Of a stretch of DNA of 43,059 nt, positions 1 through 8,779 are shown in pieces. How positions within the stretch are numbered: position 1 is the stretch's first letter; each line of letters begins with the position of its first letter. A program made the position numbers and the translations under genes. The stretch is from Dehalococcoidia bacterium (GTDB taxonomy: Bacteria > Chloroflexota > Dehalococcoidia > E44-bin15), in the NCBI GenBank assembly GCA_034430255.1, contig DAOUEU010000046.1, positions 1 to 43,059 on the forward strand, read 5' to 3'. Under the pieces are notes generated by a model that was not told the DNA's origin, ran no database searches, and saw nothing but the letters and a program-made list of their open reading frames with translations.

Positions 1-40
1 CTTGAGGCAGTGGAATAGGCATCCTTCCGATGCGAGACAT
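1..40 (-). CDS. rplF: 50S ribosomal protein L6, N-terminal 13 codons only (gene runs off the window)
   Basis: The reverse strand reads tGGAGGaaattg ATG TCT CGC ATC GGA AGG ATG CCT ATT CCA CTG CCT CAA, giving MSRIGRMPIPLPQ, the canonical L6 N-terminus. It starts 12 nt after the rpsH stop and is in the expected spc-operon position. It is missing from the ORF track because it is truncated by the window edge. Confidence 0.75.
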   Translation of the reverse strand, partial: MSRIGRMPIPLPQ

Positions 41-52
41 CAATTTCCTCCA

Positions 53-448
53 TTACCATATATAACAGAGTAGCTCACCACCTACCCCCTCTCGCCACGC
101 CTGCTTCCCGACCATCACCCCCTTTGGTGTAGAGAGAATGGCGATGCCAAGACCACCATAAACTCGGGGGATCTCCTTCCGCTGAACATATATCCTGAGC
201 CCTGGCTTGGAGATCCTCTTGAGACCGGTGAGCACAGGCTCCTTCTTATCCGTGTATTTGAGGTGTACTTTAATTACCCGCTGCGGCTTGCCCTTCAATA
301 CCTCATAATCCTGGATAAAGCCTTCCTCCCTCAGAATTTTAGCAATGGAAAGCTTCATCCTTGAGGAGGGTATGAGAGTAAAATCGTGCCTGGCAAGAAG
401 GGCATTCCTTATCCTAGTTAACATATCGGCGATCGGGTCTGTAACCAT
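53..448 (-). CDS. rpsH: 30S ribosomal protein S8
   Basis: The ORF 53..463 contains [16 protein letters not shown]..., typical of S8. I chose the ATG at 448 (M6 of the longest ORF), which is preceded by GAGGTGA. The longer form would overlap rpsN. Confidence 0.95.
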   Translation of the reverse strand: MVTDPIADMLTRIRNALLARHDFTLIPSSRMKLSIAKILREEGFIQDYEVLKGKPQRVIKVHLKYTDKKEPVLTGLKRISKPGLRIYVQRKEIPRVYGGLGIAILSTPKGVMVGKQAWREGVGGELLCYIW

Positions 449-459
449 CGCTTCACCTC

Positions 460-645
460 TCACCAGCTAGATTTTCTCACCCCTGGGATCTGTCCTTTGA
501 GAGCCAGTTCCCTGAAGCAGATGCGGCACAGCCCAAACCGCCGTATATATGCTCTCGGTCTGCCACAACGGCTGCAGCGATTCCTTTTTTGAACTTTATA
601 CTTTGGTTCTCGTTGTGCCTTTATGACTTTCGATAACTTTGCCAT
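460..645 (-). CDS. rpsN: 30S ribosomal protein S14, type Z (zinc-binding, 61 aa)
   Basis: [61 protein letters not shown] carries a CxxC...CxxC motif and has the 61-aa length typical of Zn-type S14. The start is the ATG at 645 inside the longer ORF 460..696. Confidence 0.95.
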   Translation of the reverse strand: MAKLSKVIKAQREPKYKVQKRNRCSRCGRPRAYIRRFGLCRICFRELALKGQIPGVRKSSW

Positions 646-732
646 TTTCTCGCTCTTCTCATCCTCAGTGTTAGCCAGTAATGAGAACTCTGGCAACTGG
701 ATTCATCTCGCCCTTAAATTCTTTCTACCCCT

Positions 733-1278
733 TTAATCTCTCGAGAACGGCATGCCCAGGAGCTCAAGTAGTCTCTTACCCTCCTCATTAGTGCGGGCTG
801 TGTTTACTATCGAAATCTCCAGCCCTCTAACCTTGTCTACCTTATCGTACTCGATCTCAGGGAAGATAATCTGCTCTGCCAATCCCAGGGTGTAATTACC
901 CTGGCCATCGAAGGAGTTTCGAGGCATTCCCTGAAAGTCACGAATGCGTGGCAATGTGATATTTACCAGTTTATCAAGGAAATCATTCATCCGAGCTCCT
1001 CGCAATGTTACCATCATCCCAACCGGCATTCCCTGACGCACCTTAAAACCAGAAATAGAGCGCTTTGCCCTGGTAATCACAGCATGCTGACCTGTGATGG
1101 CGGCGAGATCCCTCTCCGCCGCCTCTAGTGCGTGGGTTTGTTGCGTCGCCTCACCCAGCCCAATGTTGACTACCACTTTCTCCAGGCGAGGTACCTGCAT
1201 AACGCTCTTATAGCCATACTCGCTCATCAAGGTGGGAATGACCTCTTTTTGATACCTCTCTTTCAATCGGGATGTCAA
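733..1278 (-). CDS. rplE: 50S ribosomal protein L5
   Basis: (M)[43 protein letters not shown] matches the L5 N-terminus. The TTG start at 1278 overlaps the rplX TGA (TTGA) and has AGAGGTGA 5 nt upstream. The N-terminus of the longest ORF (to 1305) is read-through of the rplX 3' end. Confidence 0.93.
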   Translation of the reverse strand: MTSRLKERYQKEVIPTLMSEYGYKSVMQVPRLEKVVVNIGLGEATQQTHALEAAERDLAAITGQHAVITRAKRSISGFKVRQGMPVGMMVTLRGARMNDFLDKLVNITLPRIRDFQGMPRNSFDGQGNYTLGLAEQIIFPEIEYDKVDKVRGLEISIVNTARTNEEGKRLLELLGMPFSRD

Positions 1279-1586
1279 TCTATCACCTCTTGGCAGCGGC
1301 AGCACACCCTCACCCTTTTGCCATCTTCCAAGATGTGAGAACCGAGGCGTATGGGATGATTACACTTGGGGCATAGTAGCATTACATTAGAAACATGGAG
1401 TTTGGCCTCGTGCTCGATTATACCTGCTTGCCTTACTGTGCCTCGCGGCTTGGTGTGACGCTTCACTACGTTGATACCCTCCACTACCAAACGACCCTCT
1501 TTTTGAAATGACTGGCGAACCTTCCCCTTTTTACCTTTATCCTTACCGGCAATAACGACCACGGTATCGTCTTTTTTTATCTTCAT
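1275..1586 (-). CDS. rplX: 50S ribosomal protein L24 (KOW domain plus CPKC...CCRC zinc ribbon)
   Basis: [23 protein letters not shown] is a KOW motif. The C-terminus has a Cys4 ribbon, as in Thermus-type L24. The operon position is as expected. Confidence 0.95.
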   Translation of the reverse strand: MKIKKDDTVVVIAGKDKGKKGKVRQSFQKEGRLVVEGINVVKRHTKPRGTVRQAGIIEHEAKLHVSNVMLLCPKCNHPIRLGSHILEDGKRVRVCCRCQEVID

Positions 1587-1587
1587 C

Positions 1588-1956
1588 CTATAATACCTCA
1601 GGGGCCAGTGAGAGTATCTTCATGAAGTTCTTCTTCCTTAGTTCATGGGCCACCGGACCGAAGATACGGGTTCCTTTAGGATTGTTCTTGTCGCTGAGGA
1701 TCACGGCAGCGTTTTCATCAAACCTGATGTAAGAACCATCGTTGCGCCGGTAGGGCTTGGAGGTACGCACTATAACTGCCCGCACCACTTCACCCCTTTT
1801 TACTGCTCCCCCAGGCGTTGCCTCCTTTACTGAAGCTACGATAATATCCCCCACTCGAGCATACCTCTTTCGAGTACCACCGGGAACGTTAATACACGTA
1901 ATGCTCTTGGCCCCGGTGTTATCGGCGACCCTTACTCTGGTCATGTGCTGGATCAT
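1588..1956 (-). CDS. rplN: 50S ribosomal protein L14
   Basis: [17 protein letters not shown]...ILSLAPEVL is canonical L14. The start overlaps the rpsQ stop. Confidence 0.97.
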   Translation of the reverse strand: MIQHMTRVRVADNTGAKSITCINVPGGTRKRYARVGDIIVASVKEATPGGAVKRGEVVRAVIVRTSKPYRRNDGSYIRFDENAAVILSDKNNPKGTRIFGPVAHELRKKNFMKILSLAPEVL

Positions 1957-2222
1957 GCCGGCTCCTCCTTCTGTAATATCTCCACCACCCGCCAGCGTTT
2001 ATCCTTTGACAGAGGGCGCGTTTCCTCGATCCGTACCACATCACCGATACGGCAGGTATTTTGCTCATCATGAGCCTTGAACTTATAGATTCGCCTTACT
2101 CGTTTCTTATATAGCGGATGTGCACTATAGGATTCAACTGTCACAACGACGGTCTTATCCATCTTGTTGCTGACCACGCATCCTGTCCTTCTTTTTCTTT
2201 TCCTGTTATCTTCTGCTACCAA
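1953..2222 (-). CDS. rpsQ: 30S ribosomal protein S17
   Basis: ...[21 protein letters not shown]...[23 protein letters not shown] matches S17. The start is the TTG at 2222, and this start is uncertain. Confidence 0.9.
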   Translation of the reverse strand: MVAEDNRKRKRRTGCVVSNKMDKTVVVTVESYSAHPLYKKRVRRIYKFKAHDEQNTCRIGDVVRIEETRPLSKDKRWRVVEILQKEEPA

Positions 2223-2229
2223 AGCACCT

Positions 2230-2430
2230 TCACTCCTCTATTGAGAGCTCCTTTTCCCTTATAATTGTCTTGATCCGGGCGATCTTCTTCCTCGTATTGC
2301 GGATCTCATGGTAATTAAGCAGTTGTCTGGTGGCCAGGCGAAATCTTAGATTAAATAGCTCTCGATAGGACTCACTGAGCTTCTTTTTTAGATCCCCCAA
2401 ACTAAGCTCACGTATCTCCTGTATCTTCAA
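2230..2430 (-). CDS. rpmC: 50S ribosomal protein L29
   Basis: (M)[36 protein letters not shown] matches L29. The TTG at 2430 lies 1 nt after the rplP TAG, with AGGGGGG upstream. An alternative ATG at 2457 would overlap rplP by 26 nt. The ORF-track start at 2523 is over-extended. Confidence 0.88.
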   Translation of the reverse strand: MKIQEIRELSLGDLKKKLSESYRELFNLRFRLATRQLLNYHEIRNTRKKIARIKTIIREKELSIEE

Positions 2431-2431
2431 C

Positions 2432-2866
2432 CTACGAACCCCCCTGGTGCGGGACATCGGTATCCCGCCGTAAGAATCTGGTTGGTATGGGTAGTTTATG
2501 AGATGCCAAGCGCATTGCTTCACGGGCTGCTTCTTCCCTAACGCCAGCGATCTCGAAGAGGACCCTCCCGGGTTTAGTTACACAAACCCAATGGTCCACC
2601 GTGCCCTTGCCACTACCCATACGGGTCTCGGCAGGCTTTGAGGTTACTGGTTTATCTGGGAAGACTCTGATCCAAACCTTGCCACCACGCTTTACATGGT
2701 GAATAATGGCGCGCCTTGCCGCCTCAATCTGCCGTGAAGTGAGCCAGCAAGCCCCCTGGGCTTGAAGTCCATACTCGCCAAATGACAGAGTATTGCCAGC
2801 GTGTGCCACTCCCCGGCGACGACCGCGATGCTGTTTTCGATACTTTACCCGGCTAGGTTGTAACAT
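2432..2866 (-). CDS. rplP: 50S ribosomal protein L16
   Basis: [19 protein letters not shown]... is canonical L16. Confidence 0.97.
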   Translation of the reverse strand: MLQPSRVKYRKQHRGRRRGVAHAGNTLSFGEYGLQAQGACWLTSRQIEAARRAIIHHVKRGGKVWIRVFPDKPVTSKPAETRMGSGKGTVDHWVCVTKPGRVLFEIAGVREEAAREAMRLASHKLPIPTRFLRRDTDVPHQGGS

Positions 2867-2889
2867 GACCCTATCCTATAACCAGCCTG

Positions 2890-4056
2890 CTAACCCTCTT
2901 TTTTATCATGTGCCTCTAAATTGTCCTCTTCCTCTGCCTTGGGCTTCTGCTTTGCCGTGGTCTTCTTCTTTGGCTTCGTCTCCATCGCGGGCACCTCTTT
3001 AACTCCGGCCTCTTTCTCTCCCTTAGGCTCTTCCACTGCCTTGGGCTTCTGCTTTGTCGTGGTCTTCTTCTTTGCCTTTATATCCGCCTCGGGCGCCTCT
3101 TTTATATCAGCCTCTTTATCTACCTTAGCCCCTTCAACTGCCTTGGGCTTCTGCTTTGCCGTGGTCTTCTTCTTTGCCTTTATATCCGCCTCGGGCGCCT
3201 CTTTTATGTCAGCCTCTTTATCTACCTTAGCCCCTTCCACTGCCTTGGGCTTCTGCTTTGCTTTAACCTCCACCACGGGCTTCTTCTCCACCTTAGCCTC
3301 TTCCACAATCTCTTCCTTAACCCCTTCCGCTATCTTAGTCTCTTCCTCCTCCTCGATCTCAGACTCCTCAATCCCTTCTTGTTCCGCTAGGGGTGCCACT
3401 ATCGGGGCTTCAATAGGGAGCTTTTCACGCTCGGGAATGATATCACCCTTATAAATCCATACCTTGACTCCGGTACAACCCAGAGTTGTATGCGCAACAG
3501 CTATGGCAAAATCGATATCTGCCCGTAGGGTATGAAGGGGCACCCTCCCCCGATACAATGTCTCCTTCCTTGAATACTCAGAACCAGTAAGTCTACCTGA
3601 GCATGTGACCTTTATCCCTTGTGCACCACCGTCCATAGCTCGGGAGATCGCCTGCTTCATGGCACGTCTGTGTGAAATTCGCCGCTGGATCTGCTGTGCG
3701 ATGCCCCTTGCTACCAGATAAGCATCCTGCTCGGGCCGCGCAATTTCCAGAATATTCAGTCGTACTCTTTTTCCAGCGACCCGCTCCAAGATAAGCCTCA
3801 TCTCATCGACCCGCTGTCCACCTCTGCCGATAACGATCCCTGGCCTTGCCGTATAGATGGTTACCGTCACCTGATTGGCAGCACGCTCGATCTCAACGCG
3901 CGATACATCATCTGCAGCATAATTCGACTCGATGGCTTTTCGTATCTTGATATCCTCCTGCAATAGCTCTGTATAGTGCTTATCGGCATACCACTTAGCC
4001 TGCCAATCCTTGCTTATACCGAGTCTGAATCCTATCGGGTGAACCTTTTGCCCCAA
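2890..4056 (-). CDS. rpsC: 30S ribosomal protein S3 with a roughly 180-aa C-terminal acidic/Lys-rich repeat extension (388 aa)
   Basis: [24 protein letters not shown]... has the KH and S3-C core up to about residue 208. An EEEE-rich segment follows, then [34 protein letters not shown] repeats. The ATG directly abuts the rplV stop. Confidence 0.95.
   Translation of the reverse strand: MGQKVHPIGFRLGISKDWQAKWYADKHYTELLQEDIKIRKAIESNYAADDVSRVEIERAANQVTVTIYTARPGIVIGRGGQRVDEMRLILERVAGKRVRLNILEIARPEQDAYLVARGIAQQIQRRISHRRAMKQAISRAMDGGAQGIKVTCSGRLTGSEYSRKETLYRGRVPLHTLRADIDFAIAVAHTTLGCTGVKVWIYKGDIIPEREKLPIEAPIVAPLAEQEGIEESEIEEEEETKIAEGVKEEIVEEAKVEKKPVVEVKAKQKPKAVEGAKVDKEADIKEAPEADIKAKKKTTAKQKPKAVEGAKVDKEADIKEAPEADIKAKKKTTTKQKPKAVEEPKGEKEAGVKEVPAMETKPKKKTTAKQKPKAEEEDNLEAHDKKEG
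2935..3261. repeat. In-frame 102-bp (34-codon) tandem repeat, about 3.2 copies, inside the 3' part of rpsC
   Basis: The unit head tgccttgggcttctgctttg recurs at 2935, 3037, 3139 and 3241, an exact period of 102. Copies 3037-3138 and 3139-3240 differ at only about 3 positions. Copy 2935-3036 has diverged after the first ~38 nt. The last copy is only 21 nt. Confidence 0.9.
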
Positions 4057-4392
4057 TTATTCCTCCTCTTTAACTACCACGGTTATATGGCTGGAGCGTT
4101 TAAGGATCGGTTTTACTCGTCCCCGCGGTCCCGCGCGAAAGCGCTTCATACTACGCCCACCATCGATAAAGATTTGCACAATCCTGAGATCCGACGGCGT
4201 CATCTCGAAGTTATTCTCGGCATTGTCAGCGGCCGACTTCACCACCTTGGCTACAGTACGAGCCGCCGGTGAAGGTAGAAATCTCAGAATATTCAACGCA
4301 TCCTCCACCTTCCTACCCCGTATCGCATCTGCCATGGGACGCAATTTACGAGGCGACCTCCCGATATATCTTGCGGTAGCTTGTACCTCCAT
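4057..4392 (-). CDS. rplV: 50S ribosomal protein L22
   Basis: MEVQATARYIGRSPRKLRPMADAIRGRKVEDALNILRF matches L22. Confidence 0.96.
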   Translation of the reverse strand: MEVQATARYIGRSPRKLRPMADAIRGRKVEDALNILRFLPSPAARTVAKVVKSAADNAENNFEMTPSDLRIVQIFIDGGRSMKRFRAGPRGRVKPILKRSSHITVVVKEEE

Positions 4393-4405
4393 AATGCCTA
4401 AATAC

Positions 4406-4705
4406 CTACTTCTTAGTCCGCTTCTTAAATGTGGCTACCCGCTCCGATTTAGCCGAATGTCCTCTGAAGGTTCTGGTGAAGGCAAACTCACCCAGCTTAT
4501 GCCCTACCATATTCTCGGTGATAAATATAGGTACGTGACGCCTGCCGTCATGAACACCAATAGTATGTCCTATCATATCGGGGAGGATAGTCGAGGCACG
4601 CGACCATGTCTTTAATACTGCCTTCTGTCCCGACGCATTTAGCGCCTCCACCCGTTTTACCAGTTTGGAGTCTACATAGGGTCCCTTCTTAATGGATCTA
4701 GACAT
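4406..4705 (-). CDS. rpsS: 30S ribosomal protein S19
   Basis: [19 protein letters not shown]...[16 protein letters not shown] matches S19. Confidence 0.97.
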   Translation of the reverse strand: MSRSIKKGPYVDSKLVKRVEALNASGQKAVLKTWSRASTILPDMIGHTIGVHDGRRHVPIFITENMVGHKLGEFAFTRTFRGHSAKSERVATFKKRTKK

Positions 4706-4779
4706 CTCTTATACCTCTCACCTGCACCTCAAGCTGCTACATATCGATAAATAGCCCGGGGTAGACTGAGCTGCTTACC

Positions 4780-5604
4780 TCATTTCCTCCGCTTAACTAT
4801 CATGCGATCGCTGAGCTTGTTTCTGCGGGTGACATAGCCCAGCGCTGGCTTTCCCCAAGGGGTCTTGGGACCGGGCAAACCAATGGGGGATCTCCCCTCT
4901 CCCCCACCATGGGGGTGAGCACGGGGGGACATCGCCGAGCCGCGCACTTCGGGGCGGATCCCCAGGTGCCGCTTTCGCCCCGCCTTACCCAGCTTAATAT
5001 GCTGATGGTCGACATTGCCCACCTGACCGATTGTGGCAAAGCACTCTACATGAATTCGCCTTATCTCGCCGGAGGGCATCCTGATCAGTGCATGGCTATC
5101 CTCTTTAGCCATGAGCTGGGCACTACCACCGGCGCCCCTTACTAACTGCCCTCCTTTACCTCGGTGAAGCTCGATATTATGGATGGCTGTGCCTGTGGGT
5201 ATGGCTTTTAGGGGCAGCGAATTGCCTATCTTTATCTCGGCATTGCCACCTGCCATAACGGCGTTGCCCACCTCAAGGCCTAGGGGTGCGATTATGTATC
5301 GCTTCTCCCCATCGGCGTAGTGAATGAGTGCGATTCGCGCTGAGCGGTTGGGATCGTATTCGATAGAGGCCACCTCGCCGCGGATACCCACCTTATCTCG
5401 CTTGAAGTCGATAACGCGATACATTCTCTTTGCACCACCTCCGCGATGGCGTACCGTGATCCGTCCCTGGTTGCTTCTTCCCCCCTTCTTTCTTAAGGGC
5501 TTAAGTAGCGATTTCTCCGGCTTGGTTTTAGTAATTTCCTCAAAGGTGGCACCGGTCATCCCCCTGCGCCCTGGCGATGTGGGTTTATATACCTTAAGCG
5601 GCAC
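4780..5604 (-). CDS. rplB: 50S ribosomal protein L2
   Basis: (M)[15 protein letters not shown]...HPHGGGEGR matches L2. The start is a GTG with AGGGGGG upstream. Confidence 0.97.
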   Translation of the reverse strand: MPLKVYKPTSPGRRGMTGATFEEITKTKPEKSLLKPLRKKGGRSNQGRITVRHRGGGAKRMYRVIDFKRDKVGIRGEVASIEYDPNRSARIALIHYADGEKRYIIAPLGLEVGNAVMAGGNAEIKIGNSLPLKAIPTGTAIHNIELHRGKGGQLVRGAGGSAQLMAKEDSHALIRMPSGEIRRIHVECFATIGQVGNVDHQHIKLGKAGRKRHLGIRPEVRGSAMSPRAHPHGGGEGRSPIGLPGPKTPWGKPALGYVTRRNKLSDRMIVKRRK

Positions 5605-5801
5605 CCTTGCCCCCCTGTTCGAAATTAGCTCTTGAATCGCATTTATAAAATTTTAATAATCCTGGCGGTTTCATTTTATTAATTGGGCATACAAGTGAGG
5701 ATATCTTTCTGTCACCTGTTATCCCTGAGTATAATATACCGTTATCGCTTCTCTTCATTTCACATCTGTCGCCCGGCATGGGCAGTCTATAAAATAGGTC
5801 C

Positions 5802-6086
5802 TTATCCCCCCTCGAAGAACTCGATCTTCTGCCCCGGCTTGAGGGTGACCACAGCCTTCTTCCAGGGAGATGTCTGGCTACGTCTTCTGCCTGGCCCGCG
5901 CCATTTGGGGGGCATTGTTATCACATTCACCTGTATTACCTTGACCTGAAACGAAAGCTCTACCGCCTGCTTGATCTGCTGCTTACTGGCATTTGGAGCC
6001 ACCTCAAATGTGTATTTATCTCGCTGCTGAAGCGCGGTGCTCTTCTCCGAGACTATAGGGCGTCGCAATATTTCCAGGATCTGCAT
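5802..6086 (-). CDS. rplW: 50S ribosomal protein L23
   Basis: MQILEILRRPIVSEKSTALQQRDKYTFEVAPNASKQQIKQAVE matches L23. Confidence 0.95.
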   Translation of the reverse strand: MQILEILRRPIVSEKSTALQQRDKYTFEVAPNASKQQIKQAVELSFQVKVIQVNVITMPPKWRGPGRRRSQTSPWKKAVVTLKPGQKIEFFEGG

Positions 6087-6177
6087 TTTTCTTTTTGCTC
6101 CCTTTTAGCTAGTCTCCAAAGATAACCGCGCTATCCATATTCATCTGCCGGCGAACTATCTATACACTATTTTATGC

Positions 6178-6828
6178 TCAGGTCTTGACCGGCTTCCTTA
6201 GCTTTGATGTCCCCATCTCTTCCACATGCTGCACCGCCGCCAGGGTGAGCACCAGTTTTTGGTGGGAAAGTAGATCGCCGACATTTAGCATATTGGCGGG
6301 CAGTATCTTCGTCCGTTCAAGATTCCGAGCCGATTTATAAACATTTAGATCGGGCTCGGCGGTGACAATAAGTGCCGAGGGGCCTACTCCTAATGCCGCC
6401 AGGATACTGGACATCTCCTTTGTCTTGGGCTCGCTCAAGACAAGATCGTCCACTACGATCACTTCACCACTGGCTACCTTTGCCGATAGTGCGCACCTAA
6501 GGGCTAGGCGGCGCATCTTCTTGGGCATCGCCTGACGATAGCTCCTGGGGTGGGGACCGAAGATTATGCCCCCACCACGAAGTAGCGGTGATGTTTCACT
6601 ACCACGCCTCGCTCGTCCGGTTCCTTTCTGGCGGAAGGGCTTCCGCCCGCCGCCGGCAACCTGTGCTCGAGTCTTGGTACTTGCTGTGCCCTGACGGGCA
6701 TTGGCTAGCTGCATCACTAGAGCCTGGTGCAATACCGCATCGTTCTGGGATACCCCAAAGACGTCATCATCGAGTTCGATGTGGTCGACAACCTCGCCTT
6801 TTACATTATGAACGGTAACCTGCGCCAC
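6178..6828 (-). CDS. rplD: 50S ribosomal protein L4
   Basis: (M)AQVTVHNVKGEVVDHIELDDDVFG...RKPFRQKGTGRARRGS matches L4. The GTG at 6828 lies 1 nt after the ABC ATPase TGA, with GAGGAG 7 nt upstream. The ORF-track ATG at 6867 would overlap the ATPase gene by 38 nt. Confidence 0.93.
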   Translation of the reverse strand: MAQVTVHNVKGEVVDHIELDDDVFGVSQNDAVLHQALVMQLANARQGTASTKTRAQVAGGGRKPFRQKGTGRARRGSETSPLLRGGGIIFGPHPRSYRQAMPKKMRRLALRCALSAKVASGEVIVVDDLVLSEPKTKEMSSILAALGVGPSALIVTAEPDLNVYKSARNLERTKILPANMLNVGDLLSHQKLVLTLAAVQHVEEMGTSKLRKPVKT

Positions 6829-6829
6829 T

Positions 6830-7588
6830 TCAATACTCCTCAGGGAGGATCTCGGATAACCTGCCATCCTCCAAGTACAGTGCCCTTTCGGCGTTATCGG
6901 CTAAGCGGCGGTCGTGGGTCACAATAATAAAGGTTTTATCACGCTCCCTGTTTAGCCGTTGCATAAGCTCGATAATCTCCGCACCCGTCTTGGAATCCAG
7001 ATTACCGGTGGGTTCATCGGCAAGGATAACGGATGGATTCAGGATCAGGGCACGGGCTATTGCCACCCGTTGCTGCTCGCCTCCAGATAGCTCCCCCGGC
7101 TTGTGATGCATGCGTCCTTTAAGTCCAACCATCTCCAAGAGCCTCTCAGCCCTTTTCTCATACCGCTTGTTTCTCCTTATGGGCAACACCGGCATGAGCA
7201 CGTTTTGCAGGGCATTCATGGTCGGCACCAGATAATATGTCTGGAAAATGAAGCCCAGTTTCTCGCGGCGGATTTTATAAAGTCTCCGCTCCGGCACCAT
7301 GCTGGTCACCACCCGATCGATAATCACCCTTCCCTCGGTAGGGCGATCCAGAGCACCCAGCATATTGAGGAGGGTGGTCTTGCCGCTTCCCGATGGTCCC
7401 AGTACAGCTATAATTTCCCCTCTCCTCACCCTGAGGTTCACCCCCTTGAGCGCCGCCACCCTAGTGGCCCCCCTGCCATATATTTTAGTGAGCTTTTGGG
7501 CAACCACAATGCTCTCCCGCTGCTCCTCAAACGACTTCACTCCAGAGTGGTTCTCCTGCCCTTTATGATATTCACTCAAGTCTCTCAC
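6830..7588 (-). CDS. ABC transporter ATP-binding protein, LolD/MacB-type
   Basis: Walker A is GPSGSGKTTLLNMLG, the signature motif is LSGGEQQRVAIARAL and Walker B is ILADEPTGNLD. The GTG start directly abuts the permease TAG. There is a ~30-aa N-terminal extension, so the start is uncertain. Confidence 0.92.
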   Translation of the reverse strand: MRDLSEYHKGQENHSGVKSFEEQRESIVVAQKLTKIYGRGATRVAALKGVNLRVRRGEIIAVLGPSGSGKTTLLNMLGALDRPTEGRVIIDRVVTSMVPERRLYKIRREKLGFIFQTYYLVPTMNALQNVLMPVLPIRRNKRYEKRAERLLEMVGLKGRMHHKPGELSGGEQQRVAIARALILNPSVILADEPTGNLDSKTGAEIIELMQRLNRERDKTFIIVTHDRRLADNAERALYLEDGRLSEILPEEY

Positions 7589-8779
7589 CTACAAAGCCCT
7601 CAGGCTTTCTATGGGGCTTACCCTCGCCGCCCGCACTGCCGGGTAGAGCCCGCCTACTACACCCACAAGAATACCGAAGGCGCATATCTCAATAACCAAC
7701 ACCCACGTAATAACGGCAATATCCATATTAATGTAGCTATCTATGCCCTTTCCCGCTCCATAGCCAATGGCAAGCCCCACCAGAGCACCCAGCAGGCCAA
7801 TGGTGATCGATTGAAACACCACCGAGGTGATGATGTTCCTGTTGGACCAGCCCGATGCCTTGAGTATGCCGAACTCCTTTGTCCTCTCGATAACAGAGAT
7901 GAGCATGACAATAAATATGGAGACACCGCCGGCAATCGCCGCAACCAGGGATACGATCCACAGGAAGCTCTCCATGGTGCCCATCATTTCCGAGAAGCTC
8001 TCCAGCATTTCTCTGGCGACGGTGGTGCTGACAGGAACGTCTCTATCATCAAACATCGTTTCTATTTCATCTGCTATATCGTTCACGTATTCCCTATCGG
8101 TAGCCCTTACAGTGATGTAATTCACCTCATTGGAAGCAATGGTCGGCATCAGTTTCCTGGCGGTGTCTATATCGGTATATATGCCGTAATCATAGAAGGT
8201 TTTTCCCGTCTCGAATATGCCCACCACGGTGAGCGTGATAGTACTACTACCACTGCCCAGCACAGCCATTTCCATGGTACCACCGACCTCTGCATAGTCC
8301 CCTCCCGCGGCACCTATTTCAGCCAATTTACCTATGATGACCTCATTCTCGCTGGCTGCGGTTAGGGGTTTGCCCTCTCCGGTAATGATAGTTTTGTTTG
8401 GATCCTCCTCGGTCTGACGCTCCAGATCCACACCATACATGAGTACACCCATAGGGTCCCCGAATGGATAATCTTTGGCGGGTATAAAATACGTTATCTC
8501 TGGGTTCGCCCTTTCTACGTTCTTTATATTCGCTATCTCATCTGCATAATAAATGGGCATGCCTATTCCACTGGGCACCATAAATCCCATAGAAGCTGCC
8601 TTGGGATAAACAGCGATACCCGCTGCCAGTTCATCCATCATGTCGTCCATCTGTTGGTTCATGCCCGTGGAAATGCTGAGTAACACCGTCATCAGGGCAA
8701 TGCCCAGAGCAGTACCCATGATGGCGAAAATGGCGATACCCTTTCTCCTGAAGGCGTTGGAAATGGCGAATCTAAACAA
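7589..8779 (-). CDS. ABC transporter permease, MacB/FtsX family (1 TM, ~230-aa extracytoplasmic domain, then 3 TM)
   Basis: The N-terminus is FRFAISNAFRRKGIAIFAIMGTALGIALMTVLL. The C-terminal FtsX module reads IERTKEFGILKASGWS...LYPAVRAARVSPIESLRAL. I chose the TTG at 8779, which overlaps the rplC stop (cTTGtTTAG). The first 32 codons of the ORF-track ATG at 8875 are simply an alternative frame of the rplC 3' end. Confidence 0.88.
   Translation of the reverse strand: MFRFAISNAFRRKGIAIFAIMGTALGIALMTVLLSISTGMNQQMDDMMDELAAGIAVYPKAASMGFMVPSGIGMPIYYADEIANIKNVERANPEITYFIPAKDYPFGDPMGVLMYGVDLERQTEEDPNKTIITGEGKPLTAASENEVIIGKLAEIGAAGGDYAEVGGTMEMAVLGSGSSTITLTVVGIFETGKTFYDYGIYTDIDTARKLMPTIASNEVNYITVRATDREYVNDIADEIETMFDDRDVPVSTTVAREMLESFSEMMGTMESFLWIVSLVAAIAGGVSIFIVMLISVIERTKEFGILKASGWSNRNIITSVVFQSITIGLLGALVGLAIGYGAGKGIDSYINMDIAVITWVLVIEICAFGILVGVVGGLYPAVRAARVSPIESLRAL

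Noticed and set aside
460-1586. Cys4 zinc motifs in S14 (CxxC...CxxC) and L24 (CPKC...CCRC).
   Set aside because: Both are known variants (type-Z S14 and Thermus-type L24). They are useful only as a weak taxonomic hint.
2921-3454. A 177-aa plus-strand ORF opposite the rpsC tail. It also shows repeats ([22 protein letters not shown]...).
   Set aside because: It is a mirror image of the in-frame 102-bp repeats of rpsC. It has a hydrophobic low-complexity product and no RBS, and the sense strand encodes a bona fide continuation of S3.
7103-8365. A 420-codon open frame on the plus strand, antisense to the ABC ATPase and permease genes and spanning their junction. It is by far the longest antisense ORF in the window.
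   Set aside because: The frame is in exact codon register with both sense genes, since both have codon triplets starting at positions congruent to 2 mod 3. Its openness therefore only requires that the sense genes avoid TTA, CTA and TCA codons over that stretch. The predicted product is His/Pro/Gly/Arg-rich low-complexity sequence with no recognisable motif and no RBS. It is most likely a codon-usage by-product. The total absence of those three codons over ~420 sense codons might be worth a codon-usage comparison with the flanking ribosomal genes.
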